A program made the position numbers and the translations under genes. A model generated the notes under the pieces. It ran no database searches, was not told the origin of the DNA, and saw only the letters and a list, made by a program, of their open reading frames with translations. 64,000 bases of DNA from contig OY775910.1 of the NCBI GenBank assembly GCA_963675245.1, positions 512,001 to 576,000 of the forward strand, read 5' to 3'. Of this stretch, positions 1 through 11,525 are shown one piece after another. The stretch comes from Acholeplasmataceae bacterium. Its GTDB lineage: Bacteria > Bacillota_I > Bacilli_A > Acholeplasmatales > Acholeplasmataceae. Position 1 is the stretch's first letter; each line of letters starts with the position of its first letter.

Positions 1-778
1 TATATTCAACAACATCATATTCAGCTGCGACATATCCACCAATGCTTGCGAGTGATTTAGAAAATGTCCCCATGATGATATCGACTTCTTTTTCTAGTCC
101 AAAGTATTCTGCAGTTCCTCTACCACCATGACCCAACACACCAAAACCGTGTGCATCATCTACCATCACACGCGCTTCATATTGTTTTGCCAGTCTAACA
201 ATTTCTGGAAGTTTCGCAATATCACCAGACATGGAGAAAACACCGTCAGTGACGATCAATTTCCCTTTATTTGGATCTGCACTGGCTAATCTTTGTTCTA
301 AATCAGACATATCAGAGTGATTATATCTGACAACTTCAGCATATGATAGTCTGTTTGCATCATAAATACTCGCGTGATTTTCTTTATCAGAAAAAATGAT
401 GTCGTTACGTCCTGCAATCGCAGAAATAATACCTAGATTAGATTGAAATCCAGTTGAAAAGATGGTGCAATCTTCTTTATTCAAAAACGCTGCGAGTTCT
501 TTCTCTAGCGTTTCATGTAGGTCAAGTGTACCATTTAAAAACCTAGACCCCGAAACACCTGTACCATATTTTTTGACTGCATCCACAGCAGCCTGAATCA
601 CTTCTGGATGAGATGTAAGTCCTAAATAATTATTAGAGCCTATCATGATTTCTCTATGACCTTCCATTTCCACGACGACATCTTGTTTTGATGTTAATGT
701 GTGAAAATAGGGATAATATCCTGATGCTTTCGCTTTCTTAGCTGCGTCATATGCATAGCACTTTTTAAATAAGTCCAT
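1..778 (-). CDS. PLP-dependent alpha-oxoamine synthase, serine palmitoyltransferase-like (3' end outside window)
   Basis: Not in the ORF track. Manual translation from ATG 778 (RBS GAGAGG): MDLFKKCYAYDAAKKAKASGYYPYF...GSNNYLGL...GSRFLNGT...NHASI...DGVFSMSGD...DDAHGFG...GTFSKS; open to the window edge. Confidence 0.85.
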   Translation of the reverse strand, partial: MDLFKKCYAYDAAKKAKASGYYPYFHTLTSKQDVVVEMEGHREIMIGSNNYLGLTSHPEVIQAAVDAVKKYGTGVSGSRFLNGTLDLHETLEKELAAFLNKEDCTIFSTGFQSNLGIISAIAGRNDIIFSDKENHASIYDANRLSYAEVVRYNHSDMSDLEQRLASADPNKGKLIVTDGVFSMSGDIAKLPEIVRLAKQYEARVMVDDAHGFGVLGHGGRGTAEYFGLEKEVDIIMGTFSKSLASIGGYVAAEYDVVEY

Positions 779-937
779 GTAAATCCTCTCTTTATATAAA
801 TACGTTTTATTCTATTATACTGTATTTTATTAAAATATGACCTTACACATTACCACTGTGTGGTAACAATAAATGTCTTTCAACGATTTATTGGCTTTAT
901 ATCAATATTTCATCTAAGAATAGTATCATTCAATAAA

Positions 938-970
938 TAAAAAAAGCTTGACAATTATGTCAAGCCTTTT
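938..970. terminator. Intrinsic terminator, bidirectional shape
   Basis: A-tract, GCTTGACA-ATTA-TGTCAAGC stem, T-tract; downstream of the vWA gene. Confidence 0.7.
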
Positions 971-989
971 CTTAATGTCACATTTATCA

Positions 990-2453
990 TTAATTAGCAA
1001 CAATTTCATATTGTATAATCGTCTTTAATAAATCGACAAATTCTGATTTATACATATCTTCGGTTACTGTGTTTAAATGTTCAATTCTTGAAAGTGCATT
1101 TGCCAGGTTAGCCTCATTCAAATATACACTTTCTCTTAAAATTAAAACCGTTTCAATTAGACTAGAAATAAATAATGCATCTTCACTTGGTTCTGATGTA
1201 ATTGCTGTTGGTAAAATTTCAGATACTTGTTCAAGTTGTGTATCATCAGACGTATCTGGACTTTTATATTTAATAGTTATATCTGCTAGTTTACTGTCAG
1301 AAATTGATTCACGTAATTTGATTTCAAAGACAACCGTAACCATCAAATCTGAACCTATCTCACCGGCATCTGTTTCTTCATTCGTGAACTCTTCTTCTGT
1401 TAATAAGCCGTGCTCATACCCTACTAAACGATATGATTCAACATTATCAGAATTAAATATAATTTGTGCTTTTGCATCTCTTGCTACAGTGTAAAGTGTC
1501 CCATTTATACCTTCCGAAAATGCACGATTAGCTTCTTGTACACTATCAATATACATATAGATACCATTACCATGTCTTGCTAGCGTCTCAAGATTGTCAT
1601 CTTGCAAATTACCACGACCAAAGCCAAATACCGAGAAATAAATACCAGACTGTCTTTTTTCTATGATAAATTCTTCGAGTTCTCCTCGTTCAACAATACC
1701 AAAATTAAAATCACCATCTGTGCATAATATGATACGGTTATTCCCCCCTTCAATGAAATGGTCAGTCGCTACGCTATAAGCACGCTCAATACCATCAGAT
1801 CCATATGTTGATCCAGATGCTTCTAATGCATTAATATAACTCATCATTTGATTACGATTTTCTCCTGATAAACCAGAAAATACTAATTTTGTCACAGAAG
1901 AATATGTAACAAGACTGATGGTATCACCATCTGATAAGTTTTCCACTAAAATATTTAAGGATTGTTTGACTAAATCCAGTTTTAGTGGATCATCCATTGA
2001 ACCAGATACATCAACTAAGAATACATAGTTATTACCAATAAGTAACTGTTCTGTTACTACTGCTTTCATGCCTACTATTAATAGTTTCGTCTCAGTATTC
2101 CAAGGTGTATCAATAACTTCAAAGGATGTACCTAACACATCATCACCGCTAGGATCATCGTAATCATATTTGAAATAATTAATAAATTCTTCAACACGAA
2201 GACTATTTCTATCAATGAATCCACCTTGATTAATAGTCGATCTAAAATTTGTATATGCAGCTGTGTTCACCGTTAAAGATAATTGTGATGTAGGGTTTTC
2301 TGATGTTAAGATAAAAGGATTCTCAACGATTCCTTGATAGGTATCCGTATAATTATAGTTAGCGTCTGGATCACTATTGTAATTTTCCATTGAAGAACAA
2401 GCCGTTAAAAAAGATAAACAACAAATCATAAATACAAATATCAATTTCTTCAT
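990..2453 (-). CDS. vWA-domain lipoprotein (YfbK/DUF3520 type)
   Basis: Lipobox LTAC; MIDAS motif DVSGS; CTDGDFNFG; RVEEFINYF and YRLVGYE/DAGEIG motifs of YfbK-like proteins. Confidence 0.85.
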   Translation of the reverse strand: MKKLIFVFMICCLSFLTACSSMENYNSDPDANYNYTDTYQGIVENPFILTSENPTSQLSLTVNTAAYTNFRSTINQGGFIDRNSLRVEEFINYFKYDYDDPSGDDVLGTSFEVIDTPWNTETKLLIVGMKAVVTEQLLIGNNYVFLVDVSGSMDDPLKLDLVKQSLNILVENLSDGDTISLVTYSSVTKLVFSGLSGENRNQMMSYINALEASGSTYGSDGIERAYSVATDHFIEGGNNRIILCTDGDFNFGIVERGELEEFIIEKRQSGIYFSVFGFGRGNLQDDNLETLARHGNGIYMYIDSVQEANRAFSEGINGTLYTVARDAKAQIIFNSDNVESYRLVGYEHGLLTEEEFTNEETDAGEIGSDLMVTVVFEIKLRESISDSKLADITIKYKSPDTSDDTQLEQVSEILPTAITSEPSEDALFISSLIETVLILRESVYLNEANLANALSRIEHLNTVTEDMYKSEFVDLLKTIIQYEIVAN

Positions 2454-2498
2454 TTTTCATTCCTCTTTTCTATTTTGACCATAGTATACTTCTCAATT

Positions 2499-2538
2499 TT
2501 GTCAAATATTTGAAGAACTTGTGACAATGTTGTGACAA
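2499..2538 (-). promoter_or_regulatory. OmpR/PhoB-type tandem boxes of the vWA gene promoter
   Basis: Minus strand TTGTCAC-N4-TTGTCAC-N4-TCTTCAA-N4-TTGACAA, then 10 nt, then -10 TATACT (2483-2488). Confidence 0.6.
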
Positions 2539-2609
2539 TTAACTTGGCGTAGTCATGTTATTATGATAATGTGATATCATAACATTAAGAAAACCAAGGG
2601 GTGGTAGAC

Positions 2610-3278
2610 GTGCGAATATTAATTGTTGAAGATGAAAAACACTTAAACGATTTATTACATGATTACATTGAAGAATCTTTTTCTGATGCCGAAATTGATC
2701 AAGTCTTTGATGGTATCACTGCTCTAGATGCAGTACATAATGCCCTATATGATTTGATCTTACTTGATGTTATGTTACCGCATATGAATGGATTTGATGT
2801 CTGCAGACATATTAGAGAAAATTCAGATGTTCCCATTATGATGCTCTCTGCATTAAGTGATGAAGAAAATCAATTAAAAGGATATAATCTCGGTATAGAT
2901 GATTACGTTACAAAACCTTACAGTCCTAAAATTGTGATTCAAAAGATATCTTCTGTCTTATCTCGATATGATCATAAATCGCCTAATCAATTAATGACTT
3001 ATGGCATCATATCGTATAATTTCGAGCAATACAAACTTACTATCAATCATCAACTTGTGTCTTTAAATAAAAAAGAGTGGGAATTATTTGTACTGTTTGT
3101 TCAACATATTGGTCGTGTTTTTTCAAGAGAAGAATTACTGAATCTAATTTGGGGATATGATTATTATGGTTTTGAAAGAACAGTCGATACCCATATCAAA
3201 CGTCTAAGACAAAAAATGGGTGACGCTTCATCCTACATTAAAACAGTTTACAAGTCTGGTTATAAATTCGAAAAATAA
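2610..3278 (+). CDS. OmpR-family response regulator
   Basis: ILIVEDE, LLDVMLP, DDYVTKPY receiver domain; winged helix RTVDTHIKRLR. Start moved to GTG 2610 after GGGGTGG RBS. Confidence 0.95.
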   Translation: MRILIVEDEKHLNDLLHDYIEESFSDAEIDQVFDGITALDAVHNALYDLILLDVMLPHMNGFDVCRHIRENSDVPIMMLSALSDEENQLKGYNLGIDDYVTKPYSPKIVIQKISSVLSRYDHKSPNQLMTYGIISYNFEQYKLTINHQLVSLNKKEWELFVLFVQHIGRVFSREELLNLIWGYDYYGFERTVDTHIKRLRQKMGDASSYIKTVYKSGYKFEK

Positions 3279-3299
3279 TCAATATAGGGAGGCGAACAT

Positions 3300-4703
3300 A
3301 TGAAAATAAACATTTTTTTCAAAACTTTTTTTGCATTATTTATTTCATTTTCGCTCGTTTTTATATTGAATTTATATATATCCTATCAACGCTTTTCACC
3401 TTTATATATCGAAGAAAATATTAGTCATGTAAAATCCATCATATTATCATCTGTTCCAGATATTTCAAATAGCACTCCTTTATCTGATACCGACCTTAGT
3501 CGTCTTTCAAGCGAAACAACGTTCTTACGTTATGATGGTACAATTACAGAAATGATTGGCCCAAATTATCTAGGTTTATCAGATATGCTTGATTTTGTTA
3601 TTGGCATTTATGATAGTGAAGATGCCATTGTTGAAGGTAATTTAATCTATCATACACTGAAGGTTGATGACATTTATCAAATCAACTATATTTATCAATT
3701 TGATGTCGGTGATTACTTAATTGTACAGACCCGTGTACAATCACTTGAAAATGTTGATGCAATACTTAATCGTATCAACTTTTCTCAATCAATCTATGCA
3801 TTCATCATCATCACTGCCATATCTATTATCATTTCATTGAATATTTCCAGACCCATCAAGAAAATTAACGATTATGCTAAAAAAATATCTAATTTAGATC
3901 TTCAAGGACAATTAAAACTGAATAGACGTGATGAATTTAAAGAGCTTGTCACTTCACTTAATGAAATGACATTCAATTTGAAGACAACTTATGTTAGTCT
4001 TCAAGAAGCTAATGATAAATTGTCTATAGATATTGATTTTGAAAAACAACAAGAAGAAAAAAGAAAGCAATTAATCATGATGATCAACCACGAAGTGAAA
4101 ACACCGCTAGCGGTGATGAAAGGCATGATTGAAGGTATGATTGATGGTGTTGGTAGATACAAGAACAAAGATAAGTATTTACGTGAACTTCTCACACAAA
4201 TTAATGTCATAGAAAGTATCACACAAGATTTAACATATTCATTACGACTTGAAGATAAAGTAAATAAAGAAACTGTTACGAATGCTACCTTGATAAATGA
4301 GCAATTGGATTCGCTAGAATTGTTTGCCCAACAACATCATGTTAAAATAAATAAAGATATTGATGCTTGCACTCTTTTGATTAATGAAGAATTATTTCTG
4401 ATTATGTGCTCTAATCTAATTAAAAATGCAATTATTTACAGTCAAGATAGGTTGATACATGTTTCTGGTAAGTCTATAGGTAATCAATATATTTTCACCG
4501 TTAAAAATAAAGGTGAAATTCCTGAATCAGAAATCCAAAAGCTTTTTGATCCCTTCTATCGTCTCAAACAAACTAAATCAAAAGGAACTGGTTTAGGTTT
4601 AAGCATTGTAAAACAAATTGCAGAATTATACAGTTATCCTTATAAGTTATTTAATGATAATGGAGAAGTTGTTGCAAAAGTACAAATTAAAATCAAAAAA
4701 TAG
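3300..4703 (+). CDS. Sensor histidine kinase (HAMP, HisKA, HATPase)
   Basis: Two TM segments, HAMP, H-box NHEVKTPL, N-box NLIKNA, G-box GTGLGL. Confidence 0.95.
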   Translation: MKINIFFKTFFALFISFSLVFILNLYISYQRFSPLYIEENISHVKSIILSSVPDISNSTPLSDTDLSRLSSETTFLRYDGTITEMIGPNYLGLSDMLDFVIGIYDSEDAIVEGNLIYHTLKVDDIYQINYIYQFDVGDYLIVQTRVQSLENVDAILNRINFSQSIYAFIIITAISIIISLNISRPIKKINDYAKKISNLDLQGQLKLNRRDEFKELVTSLNEMTFNLKTTYVSLQEANDKLSIDIDFEKQQEEKRKQLIMMINHEVKTPLAVMKGMIEGMIDGVGRYKNKDKYLRELLTQINVIESITQDLTYSLRLEDKVNKETVTNATLINEQLDSLELFAQQHHVKINKDIDACTLLINEELFLIMCSNLIKNAIIYSQDRLIHVSGKSIGNQYIFTVKNKGEIPESEIQKLFDPFYRLKQTKSKGTGLGLSIVKQIAELYSYPYKLFNDNGEVVAKVQIKIKK

Positions 4704-4704
4704 A

Positions 4705-4738
4705 TTGTCATGACTTTGTCATAAGTTACTGATAAGAT
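4705..4738 (+). promoter_or_regulatory. OmpR/PhoB-type direct repeat plus -10 element
   Basis: TTGTCAT-N4-TTGTCAT, 10 nt, TAAGAT; upstream of the lipoprotein at 4759. Confidence 0.6.
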
Positions 4739-4758
4739 AGAATTAGAGGAGGTGTGAT

Positions 4759-5442
4759 ATGAAAAAGTTAATCGTGTTGTTTGTGTCCATTTTCTTACTA
4801 TTTTCTATTTACGGCTGCGCTTCTGAATACATAGATGATCCCGATCCTGGTTTATCTAATGTTTTACGGTTTGATTCAAATCAGTTAATTTTTTATGTGC
4901 AATCCGGTTTAGATGTTTTATATGGCATACCCAATCCTTCCGATGATGTCATTATTTTAAAAACCGTATATTTTGAGGAATCTCTTTCTGAAGATCAACA
5001 AAATGCTTATCGGCATATACTTGAACATATTGAAACATTATCAGAGGAAACATCTGTTTCAATATCTGATATATTACAATATGATTCACAAACGCTTAAC
5101 GATGCTTTAGAGGCACTCCAATTAGACGTAACACTAAACGATATTGTTATCTTCAATGAATTAAAAACATTAAGTGAAGACTGGAATATGATTCCAGTAA
5201 TGACGCGTTTTGAATATATCGAAGCAAGATTACAACGTACCTTGACTATGGATGAAGAGTCAAATATTAATTACTTACAGTATCTATATATTGATTTAAG
5301 AGATATTGATGATAATTATCGCCTTTTTGATCACACTGATCTATTCCTAATAGAAACATTAGAATCATATGGTATAAGACTTGCAGATGATAATAAAGAT
5401 GCAATTACGAATGCTTACGAATTATTACTTCAATTAAATTAA
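4759..5442 (+). CDS. Hypothetical acidic lipoprotein
   Basis: Strong RBS GAGGAGGTG; signal peptide with lipobox IYGC. Confidence 0.75.
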   Translation: MKKLIVLFVSIFLLFSIYGCASEYIDDPDPGLSNVLRFDSNQLIFYVQSGLDVLYGIPNPSDDVIILKTVYFEESLSEDQQNAYRHILEHIETLSEETSVSISDILQYDSQTLNDALEALQLDVTLNDIVIFNELKTLSEDWNMIPVMTRFEYIEARLQRTLTMDEESNINYLQYLYIDLRDIDDNYRLFDHTDLFLIETLESYGIRLADDNKDAITNAYELLLQLN

Positions 5443-5485
5443 AAAAAACATCTCAACTGAGTAATACCAGTAAGATGTTTTTTTT
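5441..5485. terminator. Bidirectional intrinsic terminator
   Basis: AAAAAAACATCT...AGATGTTTTTTT between convergent genes. Confidence 0.65.
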
Positions 5486-6386
5486 ATTTACTCAATTCAA
5501 CGGCAATTTGTGCAGCTAATTTCGCATTATTATAAACTAATTCAAGATTCGCTCTTAACGATTCTCCATCGGTTTTATTCTTAATATAATCTAGTAAAAA
5601 TGGTGTCGTATCTTTGCCATTAATACCGCGTTTATTTGCTTCATCAATCGCAATATCAATGACATTGTTTATCACTTTAGGATCTTGGCTAAACGCTTCT
5701 GGTATTGGATTTGCAACGACAACACCACCACTTAAACCTAGTCCCCATTTCGCATGTAATAAATCTGCAATCTCCTTTGGTGTATCTAATTTATAAGTAA
5801 CCTTATGTCCACTCGTTCTTGTATAAAATGCGGGGAGTTCTTCGGTTTGATACCCAATGACTTCAACACCTTTGGTTTCCAAGTATTCCATCGTTAGACC
5901 TAAATCTAGAATGGACTTCGCGCCCGCACAAACCACACACACTTCAACAGTTGCAAGTTCTTCTAAATCTCTTGAGATATCAAAGGTTTCTTGTGCGCCT
6001 CTATGCACGCCACCAATCCCACCAGTAGCGAATACTTTGATCCCTGCCATCTTCGCGATAAGCATAGTCGCAGATACGGTAGTCGCACCGTTAAGCTTTT
6101 TCGAAACAGCATATCCAAAATCTCTTTTACTGACTTTCAATACACCTTTCGCTTTTGCAAGCATGTCTAATTCTTCATCACTTAAACCCACTTTAATTAC
6201 ACCATCAATAATAGCGATTGTAGCAAGTACTGCACCTTCACTTTTGATAAGCCCTTCAACATGTTTTGCCATCTCAACATTGACAGGATAAGGCATCCCA
6301 TGAGAAATAATCGTTGACTCCAAAGCGACAACTGGTTTTCCCTCGTTTAATGCTTTTTTTATATCATGTTTTATATCAACTGTCAT
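5484..6386 (-). CDS. psuG: Pseudouridine-5'-phosphate glycosidase
   Basis: [42 protein letters not shown]. Confidence 0.95.
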   Translation of the reverse strand: MTVDIKHDIKKALNEGKPVVALESTIISHGMPYPVNVEMAKHVEGLIKSEGAVLATIAIIDGVIKVGLSDEELDMLAKAKGVLKVSKRDFGYAVSKKLNGATTVSATMLIAKMAGIKVFATGGIGGVHRGAQETFDISRDLEELATVEVCVVCAGAKSILDLGLTMEYLETKGVEVIGYQTEELPAFYTRTSGHKVTYKLDTPKEIADLLHAKWGLGLSGGVVVANPIPEAFSQDPKVINNVIDIAIDEANKRGINGKDTTPFLLDYIKNKTDGESLRANLELVYNNAKLAAQIAVELSK

Positions 6387-7267
6387 AGTTCAACCTCTTC
6401 TAATGCTTTAACAGACATCTTATTAGAAACAGCTTTTTCGCTTTGTACGGTTAGAACAGCGGCTTTTCTTGCATATTCAATCGGATCTAATCCTCTTATT
6501 TTACCGTAAATTATACCTGCAAAAAAGGCATCTCCCGCACCTGATGTGTTTTTAGCAACAATCGGTGTAGATGGATATATCTCAGCATGATCTTTTGTCA
6601 TAAAGAAAGATCCTTCTTTACCTAACGTAATATAAATTTCTTTAACGCCTTTTGATAAAAAATATTTACCGAGTACTTCCGGGTTATTTTCTTCAAACAT
6701 GCCAGATAAATACTGCGCTTCTAACTTATTCATCTTAAGTGCGGTTAAGTACCTTAAATATGGCTTAATACGATCCGCTTTTCTAGCGGAAATAACATCC
6801 ACATAAAATGGTTTTTTATATGTTTCAAAAATATAAGAAAGTGTCTCTTGATTTAAGTTGGTATCTACAACGATAATATCAGCATTTTGAAAACTCGCAT
6901 CTCTTACTTTGATATCGTCTTTCGTGACAAGTTCGATTTCATCCATCGCAGCAATCGCCACGACATTATCATTTTCCTCATTCAAAATAGACACATATGT
7001 TGGTGTGTTCTCCGTTTGAATGATAGATAATTTTAACATGACATCTTGTGCGTTTTGCATGACGAGTTTACGACCTTCATCTTTACCGACAGGTGTGATG
7101 AGGGTTGTATCTATGCCAAGTCTTGCTAAGTTCTCAGCGATATTTCTTCCAACTCCACCGAGTGATTGTTTTAAATAACCTGGATTAGAATCACCAAGTA
7201 TGATTTTTTCTTTTGGGTATGCAAAAAGATCTATAACTGATCCACCAACAACGAGTACTTTTTCCAT
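6383..7267 (-). CDS. psuK: PfkB-family kinase, probable pseudouridine kinase
   Basis: [15 protein letters not shown] and NTSGAGDAF motifs; overlaps psuG by 4 nt. Start moved to MEKVLVVGG. Confidence 0.85.
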   Translation of the reverse strand: MEKVLVVGGSVIDLFAYPKEKIILGDSNPGYLKQSLGGVGRNIAENLARLGIDTTLITPVGKDEGRKLVMQNAQDVMLKLSIIQTENTPTYVSILNEENDNVVAIAAMDEIELVTKDDIKVRDASFQNADIIVVDTNLNQETLSYIFETYKKPFYVDVISARKADRIKPYLRYLTALKMNKLEAQYLSGMFEENNPEVLGKYFLSKGVKEIYITLGKEGSFFMTKDHAEIYPSTPIVAKNTSGAGDAFFAGIIYGKIRGLDPIEYARKAAVLTVQSEKAVSNKMSVKALEEVEL

Positions 7268-7325
7268 AGAATTTTCCCTTTCATGATTGTTACTATTATA
7301 ACAAAATTCTCTCAAAAAGAGAAGA

Positions 7326-7350
7326 AAGAGCACGAGTAACTCGCGCTCTT
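7326..7350 (-). terminator. rpoC terminator
   Basis: AAGAGCGCGAG-TTA-CTCGTGCTCTT followed by a U-rich run. Confidence 0.65.
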
Positions 7351-7355
7351 GTTAA

Positions 7356-10300
7356 TTAATAATTAAATGGTTCTTCCGGTTCTTCTTGATACGTATTAGA
7401 ACGATCAAACTCAAATGAAGATTCCTTTAGAATACCCGTACCAGCAGGGATTAAACCACCGATAATGACGTTTTCTTTAAGACCATGAAGTTCATCTATT
7501 TTACCCTTAATCGCCGCGTCAGTCAAGATTCTTGTTGTTTCTTGGAATGATGCTGCTGATAAGAATGAATCAGATCTTAGTGATGCACGCGTGATACCTA
7601 ATAAGATAGGGCGACCAACCGCAGGTCTCTTACGTGCAAGGAATGCTTTCTTGTTTTCACGTTTGAATTCAGATACGGATACTTCAGTACCTGGTAATAA
7701 TTCTGTTTCACCTTCAGTGACGATGGTGATACGACGTAACATTTGTCTGATGATGAGCTCGATATGTTTATCAGAGATTTCAACACCTTGCGCACGATAA
7801 ACCTTTTGAACTTCTTCTAAGATATAGAGTTCAGCTGCTTCAGCAGAAACAACTCTTAAGAGTTCTTTAGGATTAATAGAACCAAGTGTTAGACGTTGAC
7901 CAGCTTTGACACTCGCATTCTTACGAACAAGAGATTCAACGTTTGGATCAATGGTGTACTTGTACTCTTTATCGTGTGCATCTGTGATCGTAACGATAGA
8001 TGAACCACCCCGTTGACGATCAATTGATTTAACCTTACCATCAACTTCTGATAGCACAGCTTTACCTTTAGGATTACGTGCTTCAAATAATTCTTGAATA
8101 CGTGGAAGACCTTGGGTAATATCTGATGCAGATGCCACCCCACCCGTGTGGAATGTACGCATGGTTAACTGTGTACCAGGTTCACCAATAGATTGCGCTG
8201 CAACAACCCCAACTGCTTCACCGACTTCAACAGGTGTGTTTGTAGCGAGGTTTCGACCGTAACATTTCGCGCAGACACCATTGTCTGAATTACAGGTTAA
8301 GTTTGATCTAATTTCAACTGCTTCAACACCGGCTTGAATCACTTGAGCACCAAGTTCATCAGTCACTAAACCGTTTCTTGGAACGATCATTTCTTTCGTC
8401 TTAGGATTAACAACGTCTTTCGCAACATAACGACCAACAATACGGTCATATAGTGGTACGATTTCTTTTGTTTCATCTTCTAAGATGGATCTCATGACAA
8501 CACCACGTTCAGTACCACAATCATCTTCAACAACGATGACATCTTGTGAAACGTCAACTAAACGACGTGTTAAGTATCCTGATTCAGCTGTTTTAAGCGC
8601 TGTATCGGTAGAACCTTTACGCGCACCGTGCGTTGAAATAAAGAATTCAGACACGGTTAAGCCTTCTCTAAATGACGCTTGGACAGGGACTTCAATAATA
8701 TCACCACGCGGGTTATTCATGAGTCCACGCATACCTGCTAATTGTGAGAAGTTTGAGGCATTACCACGGGCACCAGAGTCAGACATCATATAGATGTTGT
8801 TATCCGGATCAAATTCGCCCATTAAGCCAACTTGGATATCATCACGAGCTACTTGCCATTCTTTAATGACTAAGTCTTTACGTTCTTTATCTGTTAACCA
8901 ACCTTCATCGTACCATTCATTGACTTTAGCGATTTCTTCGTTTGCTTTTTCAATACGTTCATGTTTACCTGAGTAAACGTTAATATCAGCAAATGATACC
9001 GTTATACCAGCAACCGTTGAATATTTAAAGCCTAAGTCTTTTAATCTGTCAAGCATCTTTGATGTTTCAGAGATGTGTAGTTGCTTGAAGACTTGAGCAA
9101 TGATTTGTGATAAGAATTTCTTCTTGAATGGTGAAGGTACAGGTGTACTTTCTAAGAACTTTTTAGGATTCGTGCCTTTAGGCATGAAGTATGTATCAGG
9201 TGTCTTATTTTCTAAATTCGTGATCGTTGGTTCATTCAAATAAGGGAATGAAGAAGGTAGAATTCTGTTGAAAATAAGTTTACCAAATGTGGTGAGTAAA
9301 TATTTATCTCTTTGATCAGCAGTAAAGACTTGATTGATTGATTTAGGATCCACTAAAATTCTTGTATGTAAGCCGATTTCTTTGTGTTCAAAAGCCATTT
9401 CAGCCTCTGAAAAATCAAAGAAGAAATGTCCTTCATTTCTGTGTTTATGTGCATGTTCTTTTTGTTTCTCATCAGCACGATAACCACCAAATGGACGGTG
9501 AGCTTTTTCTTCAATCGTTAAGTAATAGTTACCTAAGACCATATCCTGTGATGGTGTAACAACTGGTTTACCATCTTTAGGGTTAAGAATATTGTTAGAG
9601 GCTAACATGAGCAATCTAGCTTCTGCTTGTGCTTCATTTGATAGTGGGACGTGAACAGCCATTTGGTCACCATCGAAGTCAGCGTTAAACGCTGGTGTAA
9701 CGAGTGGATGAAGGCGAATTGCTTTCCCATCAATTAATTTAGGTTCAAATGCTTGAATACCTAATCTGTGAAGCGTAGGTGCACGGTTAAGTAAGACTGG
9801 ATGTTCTTTAACAACCTTTTCTAAAGCTGCCCAAACATCATCATCCATACGGTCATACTTAGAGTTTGCATTCTTCTTAGAGTTTGCGTCTAAACCTAGT
9901 TGTTGTTGTAATTCTCTTAAGACGAATGGTTTGAAAAGAATAATAGCCATTTCACGTGGAATACCACATTGATACATTTCTAGGTCAGGACCAACGATAA
10001 TAACAGAACGACCAGAATAGTCAACACGTTTACCAAGTAAGTTTTGTCTGAAACGTCCTTGTTTACCACGTAACATATCAGATAATGATTTTAAGTGTCT
10101 ATTACGTTCAACTGCTGCTTTCTTACCACGTTTCGCGTTATCGAATAATGCGTCAACAGCTTCTTGTAACATACGTTTTTCATTCTTTGTGATGAGTCTT
10201 GGTGCCATTTGTTCTTTTTGTTTTTTAAGACGGTTATTACGGTTTAGAATACGACGGTATAAGTCATTTAAGTCAGTTGTTGCGAAACGACCACCATCTA

Positions 10301-11525
10301 AAGCAACCATTGGTCTTAAGTCTGGTGGAATGACTGGAATGACATCCATAACCATCCATTCAGGTTTGTTATCTGAGTTGTTGAATGATTCAACAACTTC
10401 TAAACGTTTGATAATGCGATCACGTTTTTGTTTAGAAGCAGTCTTTAATTTACGACGAAGAATACGAACTTCTTTATCAAGATCTAATTCTTGTAATAAT
10501 TTCTTAACCGCTTCAGCACCTGTGAGCGCTGTAAACTTACCCCAGTATTCTTCTGAAAGCATACTGAAATCTTGTTCTGATAAGATTTGTTTCTTTTGAA
10601 GTGGTGCTTGACCAGGATCTGTAACGATATATGATGCATGATAAACGACTTCTTCTAACGCTTTTGCTTTAATCCCCAAAAGGATGGCTAAGCGTGAAGG
10701 TGAGTTTTTTAAATACCATGTGTGAACAACAGGTGCTTCAAGTTCAATATGACCCATACGTTCACGGCGTACTTTAGATTCTGTAATTTCAATACCACAC
10801 TTTTGACAGATCTGACCCTTATTACCAGATTGTTTTTTACCGCAAGCACATTGATAATCCCTTGTAGGACCAAAGATGCGTTCGCAGAATAATCCGCCTG
10901 GTTCAGGTTTAGATGTTCTGTAGTTAATCGTTTCGTGTGTTAAGACTTCACCATAACTCCATTGTCTGATTTCATCAGGAGAAGCTAAGCGAATCTTAAA
11001 GTGTGAGAAGGTTCTTGAACCATAACCTTTACGAATAGGTTGAACATGACGATGAATACGTTCTGATAAATCCATGTCAAGTGCACTTTCTTGTGCGACA
11101 AGACCTTCAACTACTTCTTCGCCTTCAATGACGTGAACATGTGTGTGTTCTTTTAATGCGTCAAATCCGTAAAATTCTAAGAGATCGTTAATTTCTTTTC
11201 TTAATAGTTCATCACCTTCAAATAAGTGATATAAGGTGTGACGATCAAAATCGATGAATTCAGGTAAATCGTGGATGCTAGCTGTTTTTAAGATCGAGAT
11301 AGTTTCATCACTTAAGTTAAGATTATCCAAACTTCTTGGTAGGCTATAACGTCTTAAAACTGTTTTAATTTCATCAAATGATTCGCCAAGTAACATCTTC
11401 AACTCTTTTAGGTTAAAGGTGTTAAAGTCTTCTAGTTGTTCAATACCGGAGAGTTTTAAATGGTTTAAGGCTTCTTCTGAAAGTTTTAATGATTCAACGT
11501 GCAATGTGAGTTTTTCTTTTGCCAT
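7356..11525 (-). CDS. rpoC: RNA polymerase beta' subunit with ~165-aa N-terminal extension
   Basis: NADFDGD active site, [23 protein letters not shown]. Confidence 0.99.
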   Translation of the reverse strand: MAKEKLTLHVESLKLSEEALNHLKLSGIEQLEDFNTFNLKELKMLLGESFDEIKTVLRRYSLPRSLDNLNLSDETISILKTASIHDLPEFIDFDRHTLYHLFEGDELLRKEINDLLEFYGFDALKEHTHVHVIEGEEVVEGLVAQESALDMDLSERIHRHVQPIRKGYGSRTFSHFKIRLASPDEIRQWSYGEVLTHETINYRTSKPEPGGLFCERIFGPTRDYQCACGKKQSGNKGQICQKCGIEITESKVRRERMGHIELEAPVVHTWYLKNSPSRLAILLGIKAKALEEVVYHASYIVTDPGQAPLQKKQILSEQDFSMLSEEYWGKFTALTGAEAVKKLLQELDLDKEVRILRRKLKTASKQKRDRIIKRLEVVESFNNSDNKPEWMVMDVIPVIPPDLRPMVALDGGRFATTDLNDLYRRILNRNNRLKKQKEQMAPRLITKNEKRMLQEAVDALFDNAKRGKKAAVERNRHLKSLSDMLRGKQGRFRQNLLGKRVDYSGRSVIIVGPDLEMYQCGIPREMAIILFKPFVLRELQQQLGLDANSKKNANSKYDRMDDDVWAALEKVVKEHPVLLNRAPTLHRLGIQAFEPKLIDGKAIRLHPLVTPAFNADFDGDQMAVHVPLSNEAQAEARLLMLASNNILNPKDGKPVVTPSQDMVLGNYYLTIEEKAHRPFGGYRADEKQKEHAHKHRNEGHFFFDFSEAEMAFEHKEIGLHTRILVDPKSINQVFTADQRDKYLLTTFGKLIFNRILPSSFPYLNEPTITNLENKTPDTYFMPKGTNPKKFLESTPVPSPFKKKFLSQIIAQVFKQLHISETSKMLDRLKDLGFKYSTVAGITVSFADINVYSGKHERIEKANEEIAKVNEWYDEGWLTDKERKDLVIKEWQVARDDIQVGLMGEFDPDNNIYMMSDSGARGNASNFSQLAGMRGLMNNPRGDIIEVPVQASFREGLTVSEFFISTHGARKGSTDTALKTAESGYLTRRLVDVSQDVIVVEDDCGTERGVVMRSILEDETKEIVPLYDRIVGRYVAKDVVNPKTKEMIVPRNGLVTDELGAQVIQAGVEAVEIRSNLTCNSDNGVCAKCYGRNLATNTPVEVGEAVGVVAAQSIGEPGTQLTMRTFHTGGVASASDITQGLPRIQELFEARNPKGKAVLSEVDGKVKSIDRQRGGSSIVTITDAHDKEYKYTIDPNVESLVRKNASVKAGQRLTLGSINPKELLRVVSAEAAELYILEEVQKVYRAQGVEISDKHIELIIRQMLRRITIVTEGETELLPGTEVSVSEFKRENKKAFLARKRPAVGRPILLGITRASLRSDSFLSAASFQETTRILTDAAIKGKIDELHGLKENVIIGGLIPAGTGILKESSFEFDRSNTYQEEPEEPFNY

